38,209 bases of DNA from Candidatus Zixiibacteriota bacterium (GTDB taxonomy: Bacteria; Zixibacteria; MSB-5A5; GN15; FEB-12). The stretch lies in assembly GCA_041742355.1 (NCBI GenBank), contig JBGSIV010000198.1, positions 1 to 38,209 of the forward strand, read 5' to 3'. Position numbers and translations under genes: made by a program. Below the pieces are notes generated by a model. It saw nothing but the letters and a program-made list of their open reading frames with translations, searched no databases and was not told where the DNA came from. This document shows, piece after piece, positions 27,751-35,606 of this stretch. Within the stretch, counting starts at the first letter, position 1, and the number at the start of each line of letters is the position of its first letter.

Positions 27751-28544
27751 TGCTTCCTCCGAATGGGATTCTCTGCGGCGTACGCCGCCAGTTCGTTGAC
27801 CAGGTCAGGGACCGTATGGCGTGTTGCCTCAAGACCGACCGTCAGCCCCCGGTGGCGCATCACCGCCGAGGTGCTCGGCCCGATTGAAACCAGCAACCCC
27901 GGCGACAGTATCCGATGGATTTCGTCGGCAGTCAAGTTCGCAAAGAGCCCTTCCACCGCACTTCCGCTGGCGAATATGATTACATCGGGCGGAGTGGCGA
28001 AGAGCGCCTGTTTCATCTCCACGGACCAGAGCGGGTGGTACGTCTCGTAGACCGTGAGTGGAACAACCGCCGCACCGGCAGCTGCTACCGCCCGGTCGAG
28101 GCGATCATCGGCCAGGGTTCCCCGTACCCTGACGACCACTGTCCCTTTGAGTGGTGTTTGCGCCGCGAATTCGCGGGCGAAATCCTCGCCGGTCGCCCTA
28201 GCAGGCATGAACTCGACTTCGAGGCCGTGAGCCAGAAGGCTCTCTGCCGTGCCGACGCCGACCGCCGCAGTCCTGAAGTGCCGGACCACGTGTACATCGG
28301 CGCATTGGTGCGGGAGTTGCTCGAAGAAGAACCGTACCCCGTTTTCACTGGTGAATACGAGCCATCCCCCCTGATCCATCGCACCGGCGAAGCGTGTCCA
28401 ACCACTGGGATCGTCCCAACCCCGGGTAGCAATGGCCGGGTAGACCATGACTTCTGCGCCCAGTTCAACCAGCCGCCGCTGCAATGAATCCACTTGATCG
28501 GACGCACGCGTTACCAAGACTCGCACACCAGTCAGCGGCCGCAT
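27747..28544 (-). CDS. hemD: Uroporphyrinogen-III synthase
   Basis: VLVTR, VFTSENGV, AVG.GTA, VYET, FASGSAV, IGPST. Overlaps the hemB start. Confidence 0.93.
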   Translation of the reverse strand: MRPLTGVRVLVTRASDQVDSLQRRLVELGAEVMVYPAIATRGWDDPSGWTRFAGAMDQGGWLVFTSENGVRFFFEQLPHQCADVHVVRHFRTAAVGVGTAESLLAHGLEVEFMPARATGEDFAREFAAQTPLKGTVVVRVRGTLADDRLDRAVAAAGAAVVPLTVYETYHPLWSVEMKQALFATPPDVIIFASGSAVEGLFANLTADEIHRILSPGLLVSIGPSTSAVMRHRGLTVGLEATRHTVPDLVNELAAYAAENPIRRKQ

Positions 28545-28697
28545 ACGAATCCTGTCCGCAATTGGGGGTGGAATACGCTTTCGTGGAGTCGGGCACGGCC
28601 GATTGGTCTCACTGGGTCGTTACTCCTGAAGGCTGTTTCATTCTCCTGTTGTACGCATGGACCCTGCCCGCCGACTGCCCCTCCCTGATCCGGTACC

Positions 28698-28726
28698 AGT
28701 ATACTCGTTCCATCCAGCGGTGGCAA
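28698..28726 (-). promoter_or_regulatory. Putative promoter of hemD-hemB
   Basis: TTGCCA-N17-TATACT on the minus strand. Confidence 0.6.
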
Positions 28727-28749
28727 GCGCCTGGCCGCCCGGATTTCTC

Positions 28750-30453
28750 TCACAGATCCAGACTGACTGTACCCCCGCCGACCACGAACACCCGCGCGAA
28801 ACCCGCCCGTTGCAGAATCAGTCCCGCCTGGTACGCCCGTCCTCCCCGGCGGCAGACGATATAGATGTCTTTGCTCTTGTCCAACCGGGTCGCGCAGATG
28901 CGCAGATCACCCAGTGGGATCTGGCAGACGATGCGGCCATCACGCTGCGGAACCGGCGCCGCTTCGGCCTCGAATCCCTCCCTGACATCGAGCCATAGCA
29001 CGTTCGGATCCTCGTTCAGCCTCGCCTGACATGCGCTGACAAAGCCGATCCCGCGTTCCTGCGCCAGCGCCATCGACGCGAGATTGTGCAGCGGATCCAG
29101 CGCCTCGGCATATGGCGGTGCATAGCCATGCTCAAACTCCAGCAGATCCTCGACTGTGCCGCCGTTCTGGAGAAAAGACGATAAGACATCGATGCGACGG
29201 CAAACATCACCCCTGCCGACTGCCTGCAATCCAAGAAGGCGCATGCTCTCGGGGCAGTAAACGAGCTTGATGTGGAACGACTCGTGTTCAGGATAGTAAT
29301 CGGGCCGATCGTTAAACGCCCCCCACACCGAGCGAAACGAGATGCCTGCGTTCGATGCCGCCTGTTCGGACAGCCCGACCGCTCCGACATTCAGGTCGAA
29401 GGCCTTGATCATCATCGCCCCGGTCACACCGGGGAACCGGGCCGTCTCATTGCCGGCGATGTGCTCGGCGATGACCCGACCATGACGGTTCGCCAGCGAC
29501 CCCATCGGCAAGAAGATCGGTTTCCCCGATGCAAGGCTGCGCGACTCGATGCAATCCCCACCCGCGTATATAGCCGGATCGGAGGTCTGCAGGTGCTCGT
29601 TGACTGTGACTCCGCCGCTTCCACCGATTGCCAGCCCGGCATCGGCGGCCAGTTTCGATTCGGGCCGCACTCCGAGGCAGAGGAGGACATAGTCGGCTTC
29701 GATCGTCTGCGTCTCTCCCTTGCAGTCGACACAAACCGCAGATCGAGCGCCTTTCACAGCGACATGGGTCACTGACGCCTCGGTTAAAACCTCCACCCCT
29801 TTGCGTTCCATCTCTGCGCGCACATACCCGGCCATATCAGGGTCGAGCGCATACGGCAGAAGTCGGTCTTCGCGCTCGATGACGGTGGTCTTGATTCCCC
29901 ACAGTCCTCCAAGCGCTCCGGCCATCTCGCACCCGATGAACCCGCCGCCGATGACGACGGCCTCGCCGATCTTTCCCTGTTCTGCCAGCCGGCGAAACGC
30001 GACAGCGTCCTCTGGCCGGGTGAACGGCCGGATGAGGTCACTTTGAGCGCACGGGAATGGCGGTCGGATAGGCGTCGCGCCGGTGGCGAGGACAAGCTTG
30101 CCGTAGCCGTGTTCGTACTCCTCGCCCGATTCGAGGTTGCGGACCGTAACCGTCTTTTGGTCCCGGTTGATCGCCACTGCCTCGGCCCGCGTGACCACCT
30201 CGACTCCCTTGTAGCGGCAGAAGAACTCCGGTGAGCGCTCTCCTCCCCAAGAGGTGCCGGTCAGCGCGCTCAAATCCTGGATTTCCCCTGAGGCATAGTA
30301 CGGCAGGCCACAGGCCGAGTAAGACACCCGCTGCCCCCGCTCAAAGAGGGTGATGTGCCACTCCGGCTTGCGCCTAGCCAAGGTCGCCGCCGCTTTGGTC
30401 CCGGCGGCGACCCCGCCGATCACTACTACATCCGACGCCGTAAGAGGGGCCAT
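28750..30453 (-). CDS. CoA-disulfide/persulfide reductase family flavoprotein with C-terminal rhodanese (CoADR-RHD/Npsr-like)
   Basis: IGGVAAG FAD motif, SYSACGLPY redox Cys, GGGFIG NAD(P)H site, YAPPY, rhodanese LDVRE...VCRRGGRAY. Confidence 0.9.
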   Translation of the reverse strand: MAPLTASDVVVIGGVAAGTKAAATLARRKPEWHITLFERGQRVSYSACGLPYYASGEIQDLSALTGTSWGGERSPEFFCRYKGVEVVTRAEAVAINRDQKTVTVRNLESGEEYEHGYGKLVLATGATPIRPPFPCAQSDLIRPFTRPEDAVAFRRLAEQGKIGEAVVIGGGFIGCEMAGALGGLWGIKTTVIEREDRLLPYALDPDMAGYVRAEMERKGVEVLTEASVTHVAVKGARSAVCVDCKGETQTIEADYVLLCLGVRPESKLAADAGLAIGGSGGVTVNEHLQTSDPAIYAGGDCIESRSLASGKPIFLPMGSLANRHGRVIAEHIAGNETARFPGVTGAMMIKAFDLNVGAVGLSEQAASNAGISFRSVWGAFNDRPDYYPEHESFHIKLVYCPESMRLLGLQAVGRGDVCRRIDVLSSFLQNGGTVEDLLEFEHGYAPPYAEALDPLHNLASMALAQERGIGFVSACQARLNEDPNVLWLDVREGFEAEAAPVPQRDGRIVCQIPLGDLRICATRLDKSKDIYIVCRRGGRAYQAGLILQRAGFARVFVVGGGTVSLDL

Positions 30454-30511
30454 GAGGTCACCTCAGGGTAAGTTCGTTCCTGGTGGCAGGGAAATGACAG
30501 GTACAGCCGGA

Positions 30512-30829
30512 TCACACGCATCCGGTCGGTTTGGCCAAACCGGCTACCCGGCAGGCTCCTTTGGCCGGACCCGACGGAAACAACTCGTATATCCGCTTCA
30601 GCGGAAATCCGGTCTCTTTGCACATTTTGCGGATCATCGGCGCGATCCCGAACTGCGCATTGTATTCGCGAATGTAGTTGATCAGCTTCCAGTGTTCCTC
30701 GGTGAGTTCGGAGACGCCTTCGGTCGACGCCAGCGCGAGCGCGATCCGCTCGTTCCAGTTCTCCGGCTCCTGCATGAAACCGTCTTCGTCGACTGTGATC
30801 TTCACGTCCTGCCATTCAATCGTTGCCAT
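30512..30829 (-). CDS. dsrC: DsrC sulfur-carrier protein (both C-terminal cysteines present)
   Basis: DEDGF, LTEEHW, LFPSGP, C-terminal C-x10-C-V (ACRVAGLAKPTGCV). GGAGG RBS. Confidence 0.93.
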   Translation of the reverse strand: MATIEWQDVKITVDEDGFMQEPENWNERIALALASTEGVSELTEEHWKLINYIREYNAQFGIAPMIRKMCKETGFPLKRIYELFPSGPAKGACRVAGLAKPTGCV

Positions 30830-30884
30830 TCCAGACCTCCGCTAAATTCCCATTTGTCAGGTGGCGGCACCGCCGCCGAGGGGC

Positions 30885-30913
30885 ATAATAGAAGATCGGA
30901 ACGCCGATATCAA
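30885..30913 (-). promoter_or_regulatory. Promoter of the dsrC-reductase unit
   Basis: TTGATA-N17-TATTAT on the minus strand; ATCGG-N4-CCGAT inverted repeat at 30895-30908. Confidence 0.65.
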
Positions 30914-30982
30914 GGGGGATATTGTCCGCAGGGGCCGTTACGCTGATTCTACTGCCCGGCTCTGCGTCGGGCAAGCTTCGCC

Positions 30983-31011
30983 TTGACGCCCTTGCCGATG
31001 AAAAGTATATT
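30983..31011 (+). promoter_or_regulatory. Promoter of the MerR-dsrMK unit
   Basis: TTGACG-N17-TATATT. Confidence 0.65.
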
Positions 31012-31047
31012 CTCCCATCGACTTTTGAAGAGAAGGCAAGGGACGGC

Positions 31048-31587
31048 ATGGTCGGGCCAACCGACAACACGAAAGACTCGCTTAGGAACAGCCTCCCCTC
31101 TGGCGCCGATCCGGCCGCCTGGGTGCCGACCGTTTCCATCGGCATCGCTGCCCGCCTGCTCAACCTCTCCGTTTCGGCCCTCCGCAAATACGAGACCGAG
31201 GGGCTGATTGTCTACCACCGCACTCAGGGTGCCCGTCGGCTCCTCGCCCCGGCTGATATCGATCGGATCCGACAGATCCAGGCCCTTATCGGCGATTGCG
31301 GGCTTAACATGGAGGGGATCCGCCGCCTCGTTGCCCTGATTCCCTGCTGGGAGTTGATGCCGTGCTCCAGCGAAGACCGGCGGAAGTGCACCGCGACCTC
31401 TGATTACTGCCATCCTTGCTGGATGACCGATCAGACGGAGTGCGCGCGTCACGGGCTCAAGTGCCGCGATTGCCGCGTCTACCGCCGTGCTCTCGACTGG
31501 CTGCCGATCCTGAAGTCCCTCCTGCACGATCCAGCTGTCCGCGAGGCGGCTGCGGCCGACCAGTTTGCGCGGGAGAGTGGCTGTTGA
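31048..31587 (+). CDS. MerR-family regulator with Cys-rich (two-CW) C-terminal domain
   Basis: SIGIAARLL...ALRKYETEGLI...GLNMEGIRR HTH. C-terminal CW-x4-C...CW...C..C..Y segment with 8 Cys. Confidence 0.85.
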   Translation: MVGPTDNTKDSLRNSLPSGADPAAWVPTVSIGIAARLLNLSVSALRKYETEGLIVYHRTQGARRLLAPADIDRIRQIQALIGDCGLNMEGIRRLVALIPCWELMPCSSEDRRKCTATSDYCHPCWMTDQTECARHGLKCRDCRVYRRALDWLPILKSLLHDPAVREAAAADQFARESGC

Positions 31588-32516
31588 CCTGGCTTCAGAT
31601 CTTCATGTATATCGCGTTTGCCGTGTTCGCGGCGGGGACGGCTTGGAAAGTATATAGAATCGCCCGCATGCCGATCCACCTGCGCTGGGATCTCTACCCA
31701 ATCCCCCACGAGAAAGGCAGGGCACACTACGGCGGCTCCTATTACGAGGAATTTGAATGGTGGACTAAACCGAGAGAGACCTCCCGGCTGAATGAGCTGT
31801 GGGCGATGGCGAAGGAGATTTTCTTCATCCAGTCGCTGTATCACCACAATCGCAGCCTGTGGATATGGTCGTTCCCGTTTCACCTCGGGCTGTACCTGCT
31901 CGTTGGCTTTCTCCTGGCGCTGGCGACGGTAGCGCTGGCGGGGACACTGGCCCCTGAGCAGGTGATTTACTCCAGCGCCGGGAGTATCTTTGTCTTCCTT
32001 GCCGCTGCATCGCCGTATATAGGCACAGTCGGCGCACTTTTCCTGACGGTCGGTTCCTTGGGCCTCCTCGTCAGTCGCCTGATCAACCGGGATCTCAGAT
32101 CGGCGTCCGGTCGAACCGACTATTTCAATCTCATGCTGCTCGGTGCGGTCGGAGCCTCCCTGATGGTAACGGATATACGCTCGCGCGCGGGATTCCTCGA
32201 CATCTACTTCTTTATCCGTCACCTCGTGACCTTATCGCCGGCTCAACCGCTCGCACCGGCGGCAACCGCCCACGTCCTCCTCGCCGGGATTTTCCTACTC
32301 TGGCTCCCCATGACCCACATGACCCATTTCGTCGGTAAGTACTTCACTTATCACCGGGTCCGCTGGGAAGACCACCCCAACCTGCGCGGCAGCAAGATTG
32401 AATCCGCCCTCAACAGGTCTCTCGGCTACCCGATCACCTGGTCCGCCCCGCACATCTCCGGCAAGACCTGGGCCGATGCCGCGTCCGCACCCGGCCGGGA
32501 GGAGGAGAAGCCATGA
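31584..32516 (+). CDS. dsrM: DsrM/NarI-type membrane cytochrome b
   Basis: LRWDLYP.PHE, FPFHLG, RTDYFNL, H-x17-H in the last TM. TTG start overlaps the MerR stop (TTGA) with a GGAG RBS; directly precedes dsrK. Confidence 0.8.
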   Translation: MTWLQIFMYIAFAVFAAGTAWKVYRIARMPIHLRWDLYPIPHEKGRAHYGGSYYEEFEWWTKPRETSRLNELWAMAKEIFFIQSLYHHNRSLWIWSFPFHLGLYLLVGFLLALATVALAGTLAPEQVIYSSAGSIFVFLAAASPYIGTVGALFLTVGSLGLLVSRLINRDLRSASGRTDYFNLMLLGAVGASLMVTDIRSRAGFLDIYFFIRHLVTLSPAQPLAPAATAHVLLAGIFLLWLPMTHMTHFVGKYFTYHRVRWEDHPNLRGSKIESALNRSLGYPITWSAPHISGKTWADAASAPGREEEKP

Positions 32517-34129
32517 GCCCCAGGCGCATTTCCATCCGGGATTTCTGCCGCAAGACCGGCCAGTTGGTTGAGCTCGACCCGGGCCAGTTCCTCCCCCTGC
32601 CCGCCCCCTACGACACACTCGAATTTCAGCCAAAGATCAAACCCCTCTCGGAGGACGGGAAGAGAAAGTATGAATCCGACCTTGATGGCGTCTCGGCGGT
32701 GAAACTTCCCCGCCCGCAAACCGAGGACGAAAAGCGCGTGCTCGTCGAGAAATTCCTCACCGGCCTGCGCAAGCTGTTCGAGCAAGAGAACAACTGGACG
32801 TTCATGCAGCCGCTCTTCCTGACCATGGAGTACTGCGCCCGGTGCCAGACATGCGCCTCGGCCTGCCCCATTTACACGGAATCGGACGGTATCGAGATCT
32901 ATCGCCCGACTTTCCGCGCCGACATCCTCCGCCGCCTCTACCGGACCTATGTCAAAGCCAGCGGGCGGCTCACCGCGGTCATCACCGGCAATGGCATCGA
33001 GGCCTCGTGGCAGATGCTCGCCCGCCTTATGGAATTATCTTACCGTTGTACCCTTTGCCGCCGCTGTGCTCAAACGTGTCCAATCGGGGTCGACAACGGC
33101 CTCGTGAGCCGCGAACTCCGCAAGATCTTCAGCCAGGAATTGGGGATTGCCGCTGATTCCCTGCACCGCCAAGGAACGCAACTGCAGCTTTCGGCCGGGT
33201 CGTCGACCGGCATGCCCCCGGCCGCCTTTCTCGACAACATCGAATTCCTCGAAGACGAAGTTGAGGAGCGCACCGGCCGACGCTTCAAGTGGCCGATTGA
33301 TAAGGCCGGCGCCGACGTCCTGCTCATCCACAACGCCGGTGAATTTCTCGCCTGGCCCGAGAACCCCGAAGCCTTTGCGATCATTCTCGAGGCCTGCGGA
33401 GTCAGTTACACGCTTTCCAGCGAAGCGGTGGGCTACGACAGTGTCAACTACGGCGTATGGTACGACGATGTCCAGTTCGCCCGGGTGGCAACCCGCCACG
33501 CCCAAATCGCCAAAAAGCTCGGCGTCAAGAAGATCGTGCTCGGCGAATGCGGCCATGCCCATAAAGCCCTGACAGTGGTCGCCGACCGCGTGTTCACCGG
33601 CGACAATAACATCCCCCGCGAAAGCTCCCTGACTTTCCTGCACCAACTGATTGTCAAGGAGCAGCGCCTCAAGCTCGATCCCGCGCGCAACGACGACATC
33701 ATCACAACCCTGCACGACCCGTGCAACATGGTTCGCCTCATGGGCATCGTGCAGCCGCAGCGGGACCTCCTGCGGGCCGTGAGCAACAACTTCCGTGAGA
33801 TGGAACCCCACGGTGTGGAGAACTACTGCTGCGGCGGCGGCTCCGGTTTCGCCATCACGCAGGACCTCAACTTCCCCGACTGGCGGCACAGTCTCTCCGG
33901 GCGGGCCAAAATGCGGCAGATTCTCGATGTTTTCCACGATGTTCTCGATCCCGAGACGAAGAAATACGTCTGCGCCCCCTGCTCCAACTGCAAAGGGGCA
34001 TTGCGCGACCTGTTCGCCTCCTACGGCCTCTTTGACCGCTGCAATGTCCTCTACGGCGGCCTGGTCGAGCTGATTGTCAACGCCATGGTCGATCTCGACC
34101 GCCCCTATATCGAGTGGGACTGGCACTAA
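32513..34129 (+). CDS. dsrK: DsrK/HdrD-like Fe-S oxidoreductase
   Basis: Two CxxCxxCxxxCP motifs; GECGH, HDPCN, CCGGG, CAPCSNC (CCG domain). ATGA overlap with dsrM. Confidence 0.9.
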   Translation: MSPRRISIRDFCRKTGQLVELDPGQFLPLPAPYDTLEFQPKIKPLSEDGKRKYESDLDGVSAVKLPRPQTEDEKRVLVEKFLTGLRKLFEQENNWTFMQPLFLTMEYCARCQTCASACPIYTESDGIEIYRPTFRADILRRLYRTYVKASGRLTAVITGNGIEASWQMLARLMELSYRCTLCRRCAQTCPIGVDNGLVSRELRKIFSQELGIAADSLHRQGTQLQLSAGSSTGMPPAAFLDNIEFLEDEVEERTGRRFKWPIDKAGADVLLIHNAGEFLAWPENPEAFAIILEACGVSYTLSSEAVGYDSVNYGVWYDDVQFARVATRHAQIAKKLGVKKIVLGECGHAHKALTVVADRVFTGDNNIPRESSLTFLHQLIVKEQRLKLDPARNDDIITTLHDPCNMVRLMGIVQPQRDLLRAVSNNFREMEPHGVENYCCGGGSGFAITQDLNFPDWRHSLSGRAKMRQILDVFHDVLDPETKKYVCAPCSNCKGALRDLFASYGLFDRCNVLYGGLVELIVNAMVDLDRPYIEWDWH

Positions 34130-34152
34130 GGCCAGCCGGCTGCCGGCTATGC

Positions 34153-34185
34153 AAAACCCCCGTGCCTTTCGGCTCCGGGGGCTTT
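34153..34185. terminator. Hairpin between convergent dsrK and beta-barrel genes
   Basis: AAAACCCCCG-TGCC-TTTC-GGCTC-CGGGGGCTTT, an imperfect stem with A/T flanks. Confidence 0.6.
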
Positions 34186-34208
34186 GGTTCCCTGAACCGA
34201 TCTATTCT

Positions 34209-34763
34209 TTACAATCCAACCATGATGCCGATTGTTACCAGGTAGAAATTCTGATCGTCGGTGATCAACCCCGAGGGATCCTCAATCCCCTGATCGAGGA
34301 GGACATACCGGAGGTCACCCGTCAGCAGCGCCCGTTCCCCGAGGGGCAACTCCAACCCACCTCCGAAATGCCAGCCGATTTCGCTGTCTGTGTCGTCCGC
34401 CAGATCGACATTGTCCTCGTTCCGGTCGGTCGATGTGTTGTACACGCCGAGGCCGAGCAGTCCGTAGATCGTCTCCACGGGATAGAACATGGCCGTGGCC
34501 AGTACGGGCCACGTCTTCACCGTCAGTTCGTCATCCCCGAATTCCTCTTGGCGGTAATTGATCGCTCCCTCCAGTCCCAGGACATCGGCGACCTTGAAAC
34601 GAACAGCCGCCCCGATCCCGGCGGTGATGTCATCGTCGTCGATGTCGTTCGTGTACAAGCCCACCTGGGGTCCGATATACACCGGGCGATCGGTGTCCTG
34701 AGCAAACGCCGTCGGTGCCGTCAGCACCGCCAATGCAAGCATTGACAGAATTATGCGCCACAT
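34209..34763 (-). CDS. Small outer membrane beta-barrel protein (OMP_b-brl-like), paralog A
   Basis: Signal peptide ending AFA-Q, about 8 amphipathic strands, GWHFGGG. GGGAG RBS before the ATG at 34763. Confidence 0.85.
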   Translation of the reverse strand: MWRIILSMLALAVLTAPTAFAQDTDRPVYIGPQVGLYTNDIDDDDITAGIGAAVRFKVADVLGLEGAINYRQEEFGDDELTVKTWPVLATAMFYPVETIYGLLGLGVYNTSTDRNEDNVDLADDTDSEIGWHFGGGLELPLGERALLTGDLRYVLLDQGIEDPSGLITDDQNFYLVTIGIMVGL

Positions 34764-34894
34764 GATTGCCACTCCCTTCTCATTTCACCGGCCCGCGGAT
34801 ACCGGAGCATTCTGCACTCGGTTAAACGCAGCATCTGCCAACCGGTGGCCCATGGAACCTGCCACTCGCTGCGGGCGGCAAGCCTCCCCGGAAT

Positions 34895-34922
34895 ACCGGT
34901 GTCCCGACTGCGGAACACCGGT
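34895..34922 (-). terminator. Hairpin between the two beta-barrel paralogs
   Basis: ACCGGTGTTCCG-CAGT-CGGGACACCGGT on the minus strand. Confidence 0.5.
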
Positions 34923-34958
34923 GACCTCATCAGTCAGAATCAAATCCCCCGGCCCTTG

Positions 34959-35513
34959 TCACCCCCCGAAGAGCAGCCCGATCGTGATGACATAGAAATT
35001 GGCGTCCGTTCCTTCAGACCCGGGAACCCGCTCAAAGTCGTAGTCGAGGAAGACGTACCGAACGTCGCCGGTCAGTCTCGCCTGCGGTCCCAGCGGAACT
35101 TCCACCCCACCGCCGAAATGCCAACCGAACTCCTGCTCGGTGTTGTCGTCTCGGTCAACCACGTCCTCATCCCAATCGAACGTCGTGTTGTACCATCCCG
35201 CGCCGACCGCGCCATAGATAACCGGTAACGGGTAAATCATGCCCGTCACCATGACCGGCCAAGACCGAACCGTCAGTTCGTCGTCGAAGAAATCTTCCTG
35301 GCGGTAGTTGACGGAGCCTTCGATACCCAGCGCAGGGAGGAACCGCAGGCGCAGCGCCCCGCCGACCATCACGCGGAAGTCGTCGTCAGAATCCTCGGTA
35401 TTGTAGAGGCCGACCTGCGGCCCGATCGAGAGCGACACCATATCCCCCTGAGCCAGCACCCCCGGCGCAGCCAGAAGCACCAGGGCCAATCCCAACATCA
35501 TGTTTCGAACCAT
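34959..35513 (-). CDS. Small outer membrane beta-barrel protein, paralog B
   Basis: Signal peptide ending VLA-Q. Shares IGPQVGLY, NYRQE, DDELTV, GWHFGGG and LTGD.RYV with paralog A. Confidence 0.85.
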   Translation of the reverse strand: MVRNMMLGLALVLLAAPGVLAQGDMVSLSIGPQVGLYNTEDSDDDFRVMVGGALRLRFLPALGIEGSVNYRQEDFFDDELTVRSWPVMVTGMIYPLPVIYGAVGAGWYNTTFDWDEDVVDRDDNTEQEFGWHFGGGVEVPLGPQARLTGDVRYVFLDYDFERVPGSEGTDANFYVITIGLLFGG

Positions 35514-35606
35514 ACGTCCTGTTCCTTTCTCCCCGCTCTTGCACATGTCTTCGGTGGGAGCACTGCCGCGGTGTGAGCCATCCCACTTCCCGGGATCCGG
35601 GCGGCT

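Noticed and set aside
28532..28753. 73-aa ORF and a tiny MKQPSGVTTQ ORF between the reductase and hemD
   Set aside because: No recognisable protein features. The AGGAG is only 1 nt from the tiny ORF's ATG, and the region contains a good promoter for hemD.
34826..34840. Sigma54-like TGGCA...TGC upstream of beta-barrel paralog A
   Set aside because: GG-to-GC spacing is one base short of the strict -24/-12 requirement.
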